A stretch of 64,000 bases of DNA from Myxococcota bacterium (GCA_036338695.1 JAYZBQ010000048.1:256001-320000); one strand, 5' to 3'. Shown: positions 16,979 through 27,654, counted from the first letter of the stretch. Program-made: numbers and translations. The notes: generated from the letters alone by a model not told the origin.

Positions 16979-19900
16979 TGCGCCGCCGTCACCGTCAGGC
17001 TGTACTCCGTGCGGCCGTCGGCGCCCTGAATCTGAAGGCCGTAGTAGGCGAAGGCTTGAACCCCCTCAAAGGTCAGCTCGTGCGTCTCACCGTCGCGCTG
17101 GCTGGTCGCCACCGCGTCGCCGGCGTTGTTCTGTCCGTCGAGCTCATGCAGCGTCATCGACAGCCCCTCGGGTCCCGTTGCCCGCACGGTGATGGTCTCA
17201 CCCGCAAGCACGATCATACGATACCAGTCCGTGTCCGAACACAGCACCAGGTCACGGCTCCAGTCGAAGACACCACCAGCCGGCCGGATGGTCACAGCGT
17301 CTGCGCTGCTGTCGCCACCGTCGGCTTCGAGCTGATCGTCGCGACACCCTTCGGTGTACTGACTCCTGAGCGTGTACGCCTGGACCGCCTGACCGCCCGC
17401 AAAGCGCTCGACCATGAGGTAGTGATCCCCACCGTCGGTGCGATCGAGCTCGATGCGCTCGTTGTCGTCCATGCTCCCGCCCACGGCGATCGCACGCTGA
17501 GACGAGTTGAACAGGTAGAGATCCACGTCACCCTGAGCGTGGGTGAACTCCGCCTCAATAACGACCGGTGTGTCCGCCACGGTGTTGAGCATGTACCAGT
17601 CGATATCGGTCGGACCACACAGGTGACGCTCAACCGGTTGAGCCGACGGGCTCAGGTAGGTTGAGGTGAGGCGCGAGTCATTCGGCTCACCTTGCGCCTG
17701 CGGGTCAGGGCAGAGCTCGCCCTGCTCCACCTGGACGCGCAGATCAAACGGCACGTCCGTATTACGCTGCTCCTCGGTCGCCGACTCGTTCCAGCCCACG
17801 TAGATGTAGTACGGCGCAGACTGACCCGATGCGTTCACCGCCTCGGCGCGCTTGAAGCCTACCGGCCCTTCGCCGTAGTCGATAATCGAGGCGGCATCGA
17901 GGATGCGCAGGTCGAGCGGGAACCTCGGGCTGTTGTTGAGGCGCACGTCAGCGGTCTGCCCGGGGTCGAGGTCGATCCGATACAGGTCGACATCGGCGCC
18001 CTCACACATGGCGCCGTCGCCGACCGTACCGGTGCCATCTTGGTTCGGCGTAATCACCTGCGCCGAGTCCCGGTCGCCGCCGACATCCCGAAGGCCACGA
18101 CAGCTAAACGGCGGGTTCACGTCGATGCGCAGCTCGTAGCGGTTGGCGTCCTCGGGCAGCACCGATTCCGGCGCAACCGTCACCACCAGGTAAACGTTTT
18201 TGGCGTCCCCCTCGTTAGTCCACTCCAAGCTCGGGACGTCCTGGTCGGGTGAAGACTGAGCCAGGTTGTCCTGCGCGTTGGTGCCGAGCAGGCGGATCGC
18301 CAGATCCGCTTCGGCCGCCATGCTCACTTGAACCGTATGCCCCGACGCCACTCGGAACGAGTAGGTGTCGATGTCATCGGCGCACAAGAATCGGCGCATC
18401 TGGACCGTGTGGTCACCGACGCTCAGACCGGTCGCCTCTTGCCGCGAGTTGTTCGGCTCGTCGATCTCGCAAGGCGGCGGGGTCGAGAGGTTCACCCGGA
18501 GGCTGTAGGGGAAGATGTCGGCGTCGGTCGCGCCGCTTCGAACTCGGAAGTAATAGGTCCCGGCGTTGAGCGCCGTCGCCGTAGCGGTCCCCGTCCAGTT
18601 GCCGTCGCGAAGCCGCGCCTGACCGACGATCTCGCCGGTCTCAGGGGCGATAATCTCAAGGTGAAAGGGAGCCGACGGTGGCAGCGCTGCGTGGCAGCGA
18701 TTGTTCAGACAGAAGGCGTCATCTTGCAGCTGACGGCAGTGCGACTCGCGGGTGCACTCGAGCTCATCGTCGAGGATCCGAGCAAAAGCCGCCTCATCGA
18801 GCGTCAGCGTGGCGTCGATGCTCTGCCCGTCATCGATCGTCAGCCGATACATATCGAGGTCCCCACGACACAGGATCTGCGTCGAGGTGTAGTACGACGG
18901 GCTGTCTTCGCCCTCTTGGAAGGGCTCGAGCGAGGTCGCCGTCGTGATCCCGTTGTTCGGCTCATCCTGACCGTCCCCGTCACAGCGAGGTTCGGGCAAG
19001 GCGCAGCGCCACATCTCGGTGTCGCACAGCCAGCGCGTGTCGCCACCATTTTGGGACTGACAGTCTTCGTCTAGGTTGCACAGCGGCAAGACGCACTCAT
19101 TGGTCCCCGCCGCGCAGCGTCGCCCTGTCGGCGCCAAACACGTGCGGTTGGGCTCGTCGTTGGTGCCGATGTTTTCGCAGTAGGTCTCCGGCGGACACTG
19201 GATGTCCGTCTCGCAGCTGACCGGGTCAGGCAGGGGCGCCATGCAGTCGACATCCCGCTGACAACCGCTCGAGCCGATGCACTGACCGAGCGCGAGGTTG
19301 CAGTGTGTGCCCGTGCTGTAGCGGCAGGTTGAGACCCCATTTCGATCCGACACACAGAGCGTGCCTTCCGAACAATCTGCTTGCGACTGACAAGGCGTCC
19401 GGTTCGCCTCCGTCGTGCACTCAAAGTCGCTCATGCACTGAACGCAGCGACCGTCCGTACGCCCCTCTGGGACATGGCAAAGCTCTCGCTCGCGGCAGAC
19501 CTCAGCTTGGTTCGCCTCGGTGCATTCACCGACCTCGATGTCACGGCAGACGTTGGAGTCTCGGTCGCACTCTTGCCCTTCGCCGCACTCGAGCTGTGGG
19601 AAGTAGTTGGCGAAGCGACAGCCTAAGTCTTCGACGCAGGCGTTCGCCGTCGGATGACAGCGCTGACCTGAAGGACAGTCGCCGTCTCGGGCGCAGGTCG
19701 GGCGCATACACGCCAAGGTCTCACAGCGCCCTGTCTCACCGTTGCAGGCGCTGCCCGCACAGTCGGAGTCGGTGACGCAGTCGGTCCCCATATCGACCGG
19801 AGTGCACTGAACCACTTGGACCGGCGCGCCGGCGCGGCTCGGGTCCTTCGCACAATCCGAGTGCTGTAAGGTCCCGTTGTCGTCACGGCTGCACTCGCGC

Positions 19901-20274
19901 GTCCCTGCGTTCAGACAGTTTCCGCCCCAGCAAAAGCTGAGCGCCGGACACTCAGCGTCGACCGTGCATTCGCAACCGATCCCTCCGCCAAGGTCACAGG
20001 GCGGGCGGCAGACGTTGCTCTCCGTGTCGCAGGCGAAGCCCTCTTCACAGTCCTCGTCGTAGCCACACTCACCGGCTTTGCAGATGCCGTCGACCCGGTC
20101 ACACCAGCGCCCGCGGCCGCAGGCGAAGCCGAGCCCCTGATCGATCGCCGCCTGATTGTTCGACGAGACACAGCGCGCCGACAACTCGCCTGCATCGGGC
20201 GTAATTTGGGTGGTATTGCCTTCGCAGGCGACCAGCGCGGCGAGCGCCGCGCAAACAAGAAGACGCGAGGTCAT
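16975..20274 (-). CDS. Large lipoprotein with Cys-rich repeats and about 5 PPC-like domains (module protein B1)
   Basis: Lipobox LVAC; about 430-aa Cys-rich region; DEPNN/EPND repeats followed by LC..D.D.Y. Confidence 0.8.
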   Translation of the reverse strand: MTSRLLVCAALAALVACEGNTTQITPDAGELSARCVSSNNQAAIDQGLGFACGRGRWCDRVDGICKAGECGYDEDCEEGFACDTESNVCRPPCDLGGGIGCECTVDAECPALSFCWGGNCLNAGTRECSRDDNGTLQHSDCAKDPSRAGAPVQVVQCTPVDMGTDCVTDSDCAGSACNGETGRCETLACMRPTCARDGDCPSGQRCHPTANACVEDLGCRFANYFPQLECGEGQECDRDSNVCRDIEVGECTEANQAEVCRERELCHVPEGRTDGRCVQCMSDFECTTEANRTPCQSQADCSEGTLCVSDRNGVSTCRYSTGTHCNLALGQCIGSSGCQRDVDCMAPLPDPVSCETDIQCPPETYCENIGTNDEPNRTCLAPTGRRCAAGTNECVLPLCNLDEDCQSQNGGDTRWLCDTEMWRCALPEPRCDGDGQDEPNNGITTATSLEPFQEGEDSPSYYTSTQILCRGDLDMYRLTIDDGQSIDATLTLDEAAFARILDDELECTRESHCRQLQDDAFCLNNRCHAALPPSAPFHLEIIAPETGEIVGQARLRDGNWTGTATATALNAGTYYFRVRSGATDADIFPYSLRVNLSTPPPCEIDEPNNSRQEATGLSVGDHTVQMRRFLCADDIDTYSFRVASGHTVQVSMAAEADLAIRLLGTNAQDNLAQSSPDQDVPSLEWTNEGDAKNVYLVVTVAPESVLPEDANRYELRIDVNPPFSCRGLRDVGGDRDSAQVITPNQDGTGTVGDGAMCEGADVDLYRIDLDPGQTADVRLNNSPRFPLDLRILDAASIIDYGEGPVGFKRAEAVNASGQSAPYYIYVGWNESATEEQRNTDVPFDLRVQVEQGELCPDPQAQGEPNDSRLTSTYLSPSAQPVERHLCGPTDIDWYMLNTVADTPVVIEAEFTHAQGDVDLYLFNSSQRAIAVGGSMDDNERIELDRTDGGDHYLMVERFAGGQAVQAYTLRSQYTEGCRDDQLEADGGDSSADAVTIRPAGGVFDWSRDLVLCSDTDWYRMIVLAGETITVRATGPEGLSMTLHELDGQNNAGDAVATSQRDGETHELTFEGVQAFAYYGLQIQGADGRTEYSLTVTAAQ

Positions 20275-20286
20275 ACTGTCTTCTCC

Positions 20287-22188
20287 TTAATTCTGGGGTG
20301 GGATCGGATCGACCGGTCGCTGCGTCGGCTGGCAGATAAAGCGCGACCCGCGGCAGAGCCGCTGCTCGCAAACCCCATCCACGCTGCAGCCGTAGTCGGC
20401 CGGGCAATCCTGGTCTCCGTTACAAGCCAAGGCGGTCGTGTCGACCGCGCAGGTCTGTCCGTTGCGGCAGTCGCTGTCGTCATTGCAGAGGCCACCTTTC
20501 TCGGTGGTGATCAGCACAGCCTCCCACCACGCGCCCGTGTCTTGCATCAAAGCATCCACCTCACAGCTCAGCAAGCCGTACAGATACACGCGCAAGGTGG
20601 CGATGGTCTCACGCACCCCGCCGTTGGTCGGTCGCGCCGTGAAGTAGTGCGCGCCAACCAGGTAATCAAAGCGGTTCGGTTGATCGACGGTGATGTTCTC
20701 CGGGCCGTACCCGTTCACGTCATCGATATCGAGCTGAGCGCCCCAGTCGAGCTGCTCACGGCAATTTCGATAAAAGCAGTCGAGGTTCGTGTCGCGGTAG
20801 ACCCGTGAATCACCGCCACGGAGCATGTGCACGTCAGCGTCTGAGGTCGGGTGATCCCAGATGAGCTGTACCGCGATGGCGTCCTGCGGGATCGCCTCAA
20901 ACTCGACGACGCAAGGCTGCGAGCGCACACCATAGTTATCCCGCACGATCAGCTGCACCGCGTAGGCACCTGCCAAGTCCACACCCGCGCGCATCCGCCC
21001 CGAGTTCTCGAATTGGAACCCGGGCTGAACGGCGCCCGGGTCGTCGAGGTCTGCGGTCGAGCCATCCGGCGCCGACAGGATCGTCCATTCGTAGCGCTCG
21101 ATCTCAGCCCCTTGGACCTCGGTCTCGCTCTCTTCACCCGTCAAACGCACGTCCGAGAGCGGCTCGATGTCCTCTTCGGGGATAAACTCGGTCTCGCCAT
21201 CGACGGAGTAGATCCCGCAGCGAGCGATCGGCGCCTGATGCCCAATACCGCGCAAATCGATCTCCACGCCGTCGGGTCGCGGGTAGCGCGGGTCGTTGGT
21301 CTGCAAGCTGAGCTTACCCTCGTAGCTGTTCAAGCCCGGAGGCGAAAAACTCACCACCAGGTTGGCCGCTGCGCCCGCTTCGATCATGATCGGCGTGTTG
21401 ACGCTGCCACCAAACTTAAACACCGGGACCGGCTCGGAGTCGGCGTCTGGGCGGGTGCTCGGATTGTTCGGATCGAACAGGAGATCGTCGAGGGTCAAAA
21501 CGCGCTGACCCACGTTACGGATCTGAATTCGACAGACGGCCGTATCACCCTGCCCCACAGCGCCGAAATCGCAGGCTGCGTTGTTGCCATCGGCGGCTTG
21601 AATCCCCGGCATCGGGATGAGCACCATCTGCGGGACGCCTAGGTCCACGCCCGAAGCGACGACCTCGATCCGGGTGATGTAGCAGCTCTTCGGCGGGGTC
21701 AGCGGCATCTGCTCCGGGTCCCCTTCCCAACCAAAGTCGGGGTAGCTGCAGTCCTCATCCATCGCCTCACCGTTGGTCGCATTAGCGATGATCTCAACCG
21801 TCCCGCGCACGTCGGTCTCGACGCTTGGGCGCACGCGCACGGTGAACTGCTCCGTCAAGCCACCGACGATCAACCGAGGGTCCGCACCGACCAGCTCAAA
21901 GGCGGGGTCCGAGTCATCGCTCATCCGGATCTGGGCGATCTCAAGGTTGAGGTTGACCGGGTTTTTGACGTTGACCACACGCTCCGTCCAGGTGGCGAGC
22001 GGGACCTCTCCAAACGCCAGCTGGCAGTTGGTGTTGTCTCCCTCACACAGCGGCGAGACCTGATCGCCATCCGGAACGCTGAGCTGGATGCGCGCCGCCA
22101 CCTGCACCACGACGACCTCGTCACAGGCACAGTTGGTCAAGCTAGCCGCCAAAAGCAGCAAGGGGAGAACGTGTAGGCGCTTCGCCAT
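20287..22188 (-). CDS. Lipoprotein with Ig-like, PKD-like and YfaP-like domains plus a Cys-rich tail (module protein A1)
   Basis: MAKRL...LTNC lipobox-like (ATG 22188, GAGG upstream); LAFGEV, LQTNDP, YEWTIL..P.GS, QLIWD...DADVH, LDIDD..GYGPENI. Confidence 0.8.
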   Translation of the reverse strand: MAKRLHVLPLLLLAASLTNCACDEVVVVQVAARIQLSVPDGDQVSPLCEGDNTNCQLAFGEVPLATWTERVVNVKNPVNLNLEIAQIRMSDDSDPAFELVGADPRLIVGGLTEQFTVRVRPSVETDVRGTVEIIANATNGEAMDEDCSYPDFGWEGDPEQMPLTPPKSCYITRIEVVASGVDLGVPQMVLIPMPGIQAADGNNAACDFGAVGQGDTAVCRIQIRNVGQRVLTLDDLLFDPNNPSTRPDADSEPVPVFKFGGSVNTPIMIEAGAAANLVVSFSPPGLNSYEGKLSLQTNDPRYPRPDGVEIDLRGIGHQAPIARCGIYSVDGETEFIPEEDIEPLSDVRLTGEESETEVQGAEIERYEWTILSAPDGSTADLDDPGAVQPGFQFENSGRMRAGVDLAGAYAVQLIVRDNYGVRSQPCVVEFEAIPQDAIAVQLIWDHPTSDADVHMLRGGDSRVYRDTNLDCFYRNCREQLDWGAQLDIDDVNGYGPENITVDQPNRFDYLVGAHYFTARPTNGGVRETIATLRVYLYGLLSCEVDALMQDTGAWWEAVLITTEKGGLCNDDSDCRNGQTCAVDTTALACNGDQDCPADYGCSVDGVCEQRLCRGSRFICQPTQRPVDPIPPQN

Positions 22189-22246
22189 ATCGAACCTCAC
22201 TTTCAAGTCAGAGCTTAGCAGGAAAAATTGCCTGTGCTCGTCCGGC

Positions 22247-24985
22247 TTATGAACGGAGCACCTGCGCGACCTGTTTCAGCACCTCTTCGTAACGGAATGG
22301 CTTAGCGAGGACAAGCGACGCGCCGGCCTGCTGGACCTCTTCGGGATCGAGGGTGGCCCCCCATCCCGTGATGAACCCGAGAGGGACCTCTGGGTGCGCC
22401 TGCCTCATCGCCTCGGCGAGCCCCCAGCCATCGAGCTCGGGCATTCCGAGGTCCGAGAGCACCAAATCGGGCGACAATTCGGCGATCATCCTCAGCGCTT
22501 CGCGGCCATCGCAGGCTGCGTGGACCTCATAGCCGCCATCGCGTAGGATATGGACGAGCAACTCGCGGACCATATCGTCGTCCTCCGCGATCACAACCCG
22601 GCCACCATGGCTGACTTCATCGGCTGCTGGCTCGGCGGCGACTTCCGCCGCCTCTACCGGGCGCTCCTGTGCTAGGGGAAAACGCAGGGTGAACACCGTG
22701 CCGACGTCCGCAACGCTCTGCACATCGAAGGTCCCGCCGCGCCGCTGAACGATCCCGAAACTCACGGCGAGGCCGAGCCCCGTCCCGCCGCTCCCTTTGG
22801 TCGTAAAGAACGGGTCAAAAATCCGCTCTTTGACCTCATCCGGGATCCCGGCGCCGTCATCACCGCAAATCAGGACGCCATGCTCCGACTCCACGGCGGT
22901 GGCGAGGCGCAGCGTGCCCCCGCCCTCCATGGCGTCGAGCGCGTTGTGGACTAAATTCGTAAGGACCTCTCGCAGCTCACGTGCGTCAGCGTGGACCCAC
23001 ACCTGCTCGCAGACGTCGAGCTCGAGGGCGACGCTGCCGCCGCCGCGAGACTCCCAGTTTGAGCTCGTCTGCGCGACCGTGTCGCGCACCACCTGCGTCA
23101 GGTCGGCGAGCACCTGCTCGTCGCTGGTGTCGGTCGTCTGGCGCGAGAACTCTTGAATGCGCCGAACCGTCCCCGCCCCATCGAGCGCCGCTTGCTCGAT
23201 CACCGAGAGCGACTCGATAAACTCAGGGCTCGTGGCTTGACGCTTGAGGAGCTGCGCTCGACCCAAAATCGACGCAAGGACATTGTTGAAATCATGCGCC
23301 ACACCCGCCGAGAGGCGACCGAGCCCCTCAAGCTTCTCCGACTCAAACCGCTCGCGCAGCGCCCGGTCCCGCTCCCGCTGCACCTGCGCATGCTGGTTGG
23401 CGAGCGCGGCGTGGCTTGCGAGCAGCTCGAGACTCTCGACGCGTGCGGCGAGCTCAAGCGTCACGCGCTGCCATCGAAAGGCCATGGCGCCGAGCAAAAC
23501 CTCGCCCTTGCGAATCGCCACGACCAAGCGCCCGTCGCTGTCGAGCCAGCTCGGTCCGTGGTGGAGGCTCTGCAAGCAACGCTCGCTCAAGGGGACGCGC
23601 TCGCTCAACCCGCGCTGAAAACGAGGCTCGAGCTCACCGTCGTCATTGCACCACCACAGCGTGCACGCGTCGCTGTCTGAGATCTCAAACGCGGTATCGG
23701 CGATCCGTTCCAAGAGGTCATCGGTTGACCCAAACTCAGCGATCGAGGTGGCGAGCTCGTCAAGACGACGCAGGTGACGAATCTGGCGCTCCTGCTCGAG
23801 ATGAAGTCGGTTGCGGTACATCGCCGGCCCGAGCTGATTAGCGACTCCGGCGATCAAGTCGGCGTCGCGTGTGTCAAAAGTTCCTGGATCCCGGCTGTAA
23901 GCCTGAAGCGTCCCCATGGCCCGCTCGCCGTGAAAGATGGGAACGAGCAGCTTGAGGCGAAAGTACTGCGCTATGTCGGGGTGGATGAGCACCGCCTCTT
24001 CGTTCGCCTCACGCAGATCAGGGAAGACGACCGACTTCTCCGAGACACTCGCCTGCCGAGGGACCTCGTACGCCTCTTGTTTGGCGATGTCCGCGCACAT
24101 CTTTGGCGGCAAACCGCGCTGCGCAACGACCCGGTAAAGCCCGTCGCGCGCCTCGGAGCGGGTCGCCATGAAGGCGTCGAACTGAAGCTGCTCCGAGAGC
24201 AACTCGAGCGTCCGGTCCAAGACGGCGTCCAGCTCGACCCCTTGATTGACGACCGTCGCGACGTCATTCAAAATACTGAGCTCTCGGTTCTGACGCTGCA
24301 GCGCACGGCGCACCTGCTGCTGCTCAGAGATGTCGCGCAGGATCCCGAGCGTGGCGACGCGCCCGCGAAAAACGATCCGCGCGGTGTTCACCTCGACCGG
24401 GAAGTAGCGCCCGCGGCTGTCGGCGGCCTCGAACTCATACTGAGTCGGGATCTCGCCCCCCTGCTGCAGCACCTCCTCGCGCGCCTCGATCACGGTCATC
24501 CCGAGCGGTGACACCAGGCGCGCAAACTCAAAGTCGGGGCGACAGACCTCTTCGAACGCCAGCCCAAGCAAGTCCTGAAATCGGCGGTTAACGAACACGA
24601 AATAGCCCTGCTCATCGAGCAGGTAGATGGCGTCGTTGGAGTGATGGCGCAGCGCCTCGAAGATCAACCGGTCAAAGACCTCGATCTCGCGCAGCGACGC
24701 CACGCTCTCGATCGCCTCTTGCAGCCGCTCAGCGCTCGGATCCTCGAGCACCTGTAACCACATGCCGCGCTCGCCCCTTGCAGCCTCTCGATGCCACCCG
24801 ACCATGGGCAGGAACGGGTCCGGCTGAACCGGCGGGTCCGGACGGCAAAAAACGCCTAAAAGTGCCTCGTCCGGCCGAGCGGCGCGCCAACACTCGGCGC
24901 CGAGCGCCTCATCGAGACGCTGCCTCAGCTCCGCCTCATCGCGCGGGTCAAGCCAAACATCCGGGACACTCTTTACCGTGGACAT
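22247..24985 (-). CDS. Hybrid sensor histidine kinase (PAS-GAF-GAF-HisKA-HATPase-REC)
   Basis: GVAHDFNN H-box, NLVHNALDA, DDGAGI, FDPFFTTKGSGGTGLGL; receiver AEDD / SDLGMP / KPF. Likely start ATG 24985. Confidence 0.92.
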   Translation of the reverse strand: MSTVKSVPDVWLDPRDEAELRQRLDEALGAECWRAARPDEALLGVFCRPDPPVQPDPFLPMVGWHREAARGERGMWLQVLEDPSAERLQEAIESVASLREIEVFDRLIFEALRHHSNDAIYLLDEQGYFVFVNRRFQDLLGLAFEEVCRPDFEFARLVSPLGMTVIEAREEVLQQGGEIPTQYEFEAADSRGRYFPVEVNTARIVFRGRVATLGILRDISEQQQVRRALQRQNRELSILNDVATVVNQGVELDAVLDRTLELLSEQLQFDAFMATRSEARDGLYRVVAQRGLPPKMCADIAKQEAYEVPRQASVSEKSVVFPDLREANEEAVLIHPDIAQYFRLKLLVPIFHGERAMGTLQAYSRDPGTFDTRDADLIAGVANQLGPAMYRNRLHLEQERQIRHLRRLDELATSIAEFGSTDDLLERIADTAFEISDSDACTLWWCNDDGELEPRFQRGLSERVPLSERCLQSLHHGPSWLDSDGRLVVAIRKGEVLLGAMAFRWQRVTLELAARVESLELLASHAALANQHAQVQRERDRALRERFESEKLEGLGRLSAGVAHDFNNVLASILGRAQLLKRQATSPEFIESLSVIEQAALDGAGTVRRIQEFSRQTTDTSDEQVLADLTQVVRDTVAQTSSNWESRGGGSVALELDVCEQVWVHADARELREVLTNLVHNALDAMEGGGTLRLATAVESEHGVLICGDDGAGIPDEVKERIFDPFFTTKGSGGTGLGLAVSFGIVQRRGGTFDVQSVADVGTVFTLRFPLAQERPVEAAEVAAEPAADEVSHGGRVVIAEDDDMVRELLVHILRDGGYEVHAACDGREALRMIAELSPDLVLSDLGMPELDGWGLAEAMRQAHPEVPLGFITGWGATLDPEEVQQAGASLVLAKPFRYEEVLKQVAQVLRS

Positions 24986-25136
24986 CGCAGGTTGACCTAC
25001 TTCCTTGGGGGCTTTGGGGCGGCGCAAGGATACGCCATCCCTTCCGCTCGCGCTAGGAAGCGAACGACGCAAGCCCATCTCACATCTTGTCAGTTGCTGA
25101 GGACCGCGCTTTGATCCGCGCGACGGAGGATCGCGT

Positions 25137-26600
25137 ATGCACGTACTCGCCATCGACCAAGGGACGACCGGGACGACCTGCCTAATCGTCAACGAGCGAC
25201 ACGAGGTGGTCGCTCGAGCCTACCGTGAATTCCCGCAGAGCTATCCGCAACCGGGCTGGGTAGAGCATGACCCTGACGCGGTCTGGTCGAGCGTCACTCA
25301 GACCATCAAAGCTTGCCTAGAGGCTGCCCCGGGGGTGGACATCGCCGCGATCGGGATCACGAACCAACGCGAGACAACGGTCGTCTGGGAACGCAGCACC
25401 GGCGACCCCATTTATCCGGCGATCGTGTGGCAGTGTCGGCGCACGCACGCGCTCTGTGAAGAGCTCAAAGCCCGTGGGCTCGAGGCGGACTTTCGTGCCC
25501 GTACCGGGTTGGTTCTCGATCCCTATTTTAGCGGCACGAAGGTGCGCTGGATTCTCGACCACACGGGCAGTCAGGCGCGCGCTCAGGCAGGTGACCTTGC
25601 CTTCGGTACGATCGACTCGTTTTTGATCCACCGACTCACCGCCGGGCGCGTCCACGCGACCGACACGACCAACGCCAGCCGCACGCTCCTGATGAATCTG
25701 GAGTCCGGCGCCTGGGATAATTGGTGCCTCGACCAGCTCAACCTCCCGCATGAGATGCTTCCCGAGATCCGAGCCTGCGACGCGTATTTTGGGGTCACCC
25801 AGGGCGTCCCAGGCCTGCCTGACGGCTTGCCGATTCACGGCGTCTTGGGCGATCAGCAAGCCGCCTTGTTCGGGCAGGCCTGCTTTGCTCGAGGCGACGC
25901 GAAATGCACGTACGGGACCGGGGCTTTTCTCCTGTGCAATGTGGGCGAACAGCCCATCCACTCAAAAAACGGGCTGCTCGCAACGCCCGCGTGGAATCTA
26001 GGCGGCACCATCACCTACGCGCTCGAGGGCTCGACCTTCATCGCCGGCGCAGCGGTTCAGTGGCTCCGCGACGAGCTCGGCCTCATCGAGCGAGCGCCAG
26101 ACATCGAAGCGCTCGCTGCCTCGGTTGAAGACGCCGACGGGGTCACCTTCGTGCCCGCGCTGGCAGGGCTCGGCGCGCCGCATTGGCGAGCCGAGGCGCG
26201 CGGTGCTCTGTTCGGCCTGACACGCGGCACCAACCGCGCCCACATCGCCCGCGCCGTGCTCGATGGGATCGCCTTACAGATCGTCGATCTGCTCGACGCC
26301 ATGGCGGCTGACTCGGGCGCACCCCTGCAGCGACTGCGCGTCGATGGCGGCGCCGCCGCGAACAATCTTCTCATGCAGATCCAAAGCGACCTACTCAAGG
26401 TCGTGATCGACCGCCCACCCATGCTCGAAGCCACCGGCTTAGGCGCTGCCCTTATCGCCGGGCTCGGCGCCGGGGTCATCCCATCCATTGAGGCGCTTGA
26501 GCGACGGTGGTCCGCTGAGCGGCAATTTACACCGCGGCGAGATGATGCGTGGCGCCAAGATCAGAAAGCTCGGTGGCTGGTGGCCACTCAATCCTGCTAG
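25137..26600 (+). CDS. glpK: Glycerol kinase
   Basis: AIDQGTT, GITNQRETT, IVWQCRRT, DPYFSGTK, GDQQAALFGQ, KCTYGTG, VDGGA. Confidence 0.96.
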   Translation: MHVLAIDQGTTGTTCLIVNERHEVVARAYREFPQSYPQPGWVEHDPDAVWSSVTQTIKACLEAAPGVDIAAIGITNQRETTVVWERSTGDPIYPAIVWQCRRTHALCEELKARGLEADFRARTGLVLDPYFSGTKVRWILDHTGSQARAQAGDLAFGTIDSFLIHRLTAGRVHATDTTNASRTLLMNLESGAWDNWCLDQLNLPHEMLPEIRACDAYFGVTQGVPGLPDGLPIHGVLGDQQAALFGQACFARGDAKCTYGTGAFLLCNVGEQPIHSKNGLLATPAWNLGGTITYALEGSTFIAGAAVQWLRDELGLIERAPDIEALAASVEDADGVTFVPALAGLGAPHWRAEARGALFGLTRGTNRAHIARAVLDGIALQIVDLLDAMAADSGAPLQRLRVDGGAAANNLLMQIQSDLLKVVIDRPPMLEATGLGAALIAGLGAGVIPSIEALERRWSAERQFTPRRDDAWRQDQKARWLVATQSC

Positions 26601-27388
26601 CTAAGCCCACCGACCGGGTCTGCGTCCTCGCTGGTCTCAGGGGTCCGCCGCACCAGCAACCAGAGGTGCTCGATCAGGCCCCAGGCGATGTATCCGGCGG
26701 TGAGGATGATCAACATCAACCACGGCTGCCCGAGCGCAAGCGCAATGGCGATCGGCGCGGCGAGCCCGAGCACCAGCGCAACGCCCGATAGAAACCCAAG
26801 CTTAAGGCTCTTAAAACTCCTAAATCGAACCGTGCTCACCTGCAAAACAGACAGCAACACGACGTACACCGCCACGCTCGCCTGGTGAGCTTCGATCGCA
26901 AGCTCGAGCTTGACGCCGGCGACGACCAAGCTGACGACAGCCACCGCCGCCAGCGGGATGCTCAGCCCAACGAAGACGTTGCTCGGGTTGTCGCCGCGAG
27001 CGGACATCACGTTAAAGCGAGCCAAGCGCGTGGCACCCGCCGCCAGATAAGTGAAGCTGGCGAGCAAGCCACCCCAGCCCAGCCCCGCGAGCGCGTATTC
27101 ATAGATCAGCAGCGCCGGCGCAACGCCGAAGCTGATCAGATCCGCGAGGCTGTCGAGCTGCACGCCGAAATCGCTCTGAGTCCGTGTCAGGCGCGCCACG
27201 CGCCCATCCATTCCATCGAAAAATCCAGCGAACACGATGGCTAGGCTTGCGCTCAGGAACACAGACTCGTCCCGCTGCCCCGACGCCAGCGTGGTGATCG
27301 CGTAAAAGCCACACAAGACGGCGCTCATCGTGAACAAGTTGGGCAAGACGAAGAGCAGCTTGCCGAGGTCGGGAACCCGCCGCCTCAT
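26597..27388 (-). CDS. pssA: CDP-diacylglycerol--serine O-phosphatidyltransferase
   Basis: LPNLFT; CDP-alcohol motif DGMDGRVAR...SDFGVQLDSLADLISFGVAP; RLARFN. Confidence 0.92.
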   Translation of the reverse strand: MRRRVPDLGKLLFVLPNLFTMSAVLCGFYAITTLASGQRDESVFLSASLAIVFAGFFDGMDGRVARLTRTQSDFGVQLDSLADLISFGVAPALLIYEYALAGLGWGGLLASFTYLAAGATRLARFNVMSARGDNPSNVFVGLSIPLAAVAVVSLVVAGVKLELAIEAHQASVAVYVVLLSVLQVSTVRFRSFKSLKLGFLSGVALVLGLAAPIAIALALGQPWLMLIILTAGYIAWGLIEHLWLLVRRTPETSEDADPVGGLS

Positions 27389-27654
27389 GGCGCCTGCGCC
27401 AGTCCACACGCCTCGATCCGGCCGAGCGCCAGCGCATCACAGTCGCACTGGTTGGACTCGATCACTCGCTGGCAGGCGGCGCTGTCTTCTTCGGAGGCGG
27501 GGTGAACCTGACGGGCTGCTTCGACCTCGCTGAGGCAGCTTCGCTCGCTGCTTTGATCGGGTTCGCACGCGCAGACGATCTCCGCCACCTGGCGGCACGG
27601 ATCGGCGCAACCGACGCCCCAACCGATGAGCAGCAACATTGCGACTCTCAACAC
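27385..27654 (-). CDS. Small cysteine-rich lipoprotein
   Basis: GTG 27654 with GGGAGG upstream; hydrophobic signal ending GVGC; 9 Cys; stop overlaps pssA start. Confidence 0.65.
   Translation of the reverse strand: MLRVAMLLLIGWGVGCADPCRQVAEIVCACEPDQSSERSCLSEVEAARQVHPASEEDSAACQRVIESNQCDCDALALGRIEACGLAQAP

Noticed and set aside
24986..25192. Upstream extension of the histidine kinase ORF
   Set aside because: Overlaps the glpK start and looks non-coding; ATG 24985 is preferred
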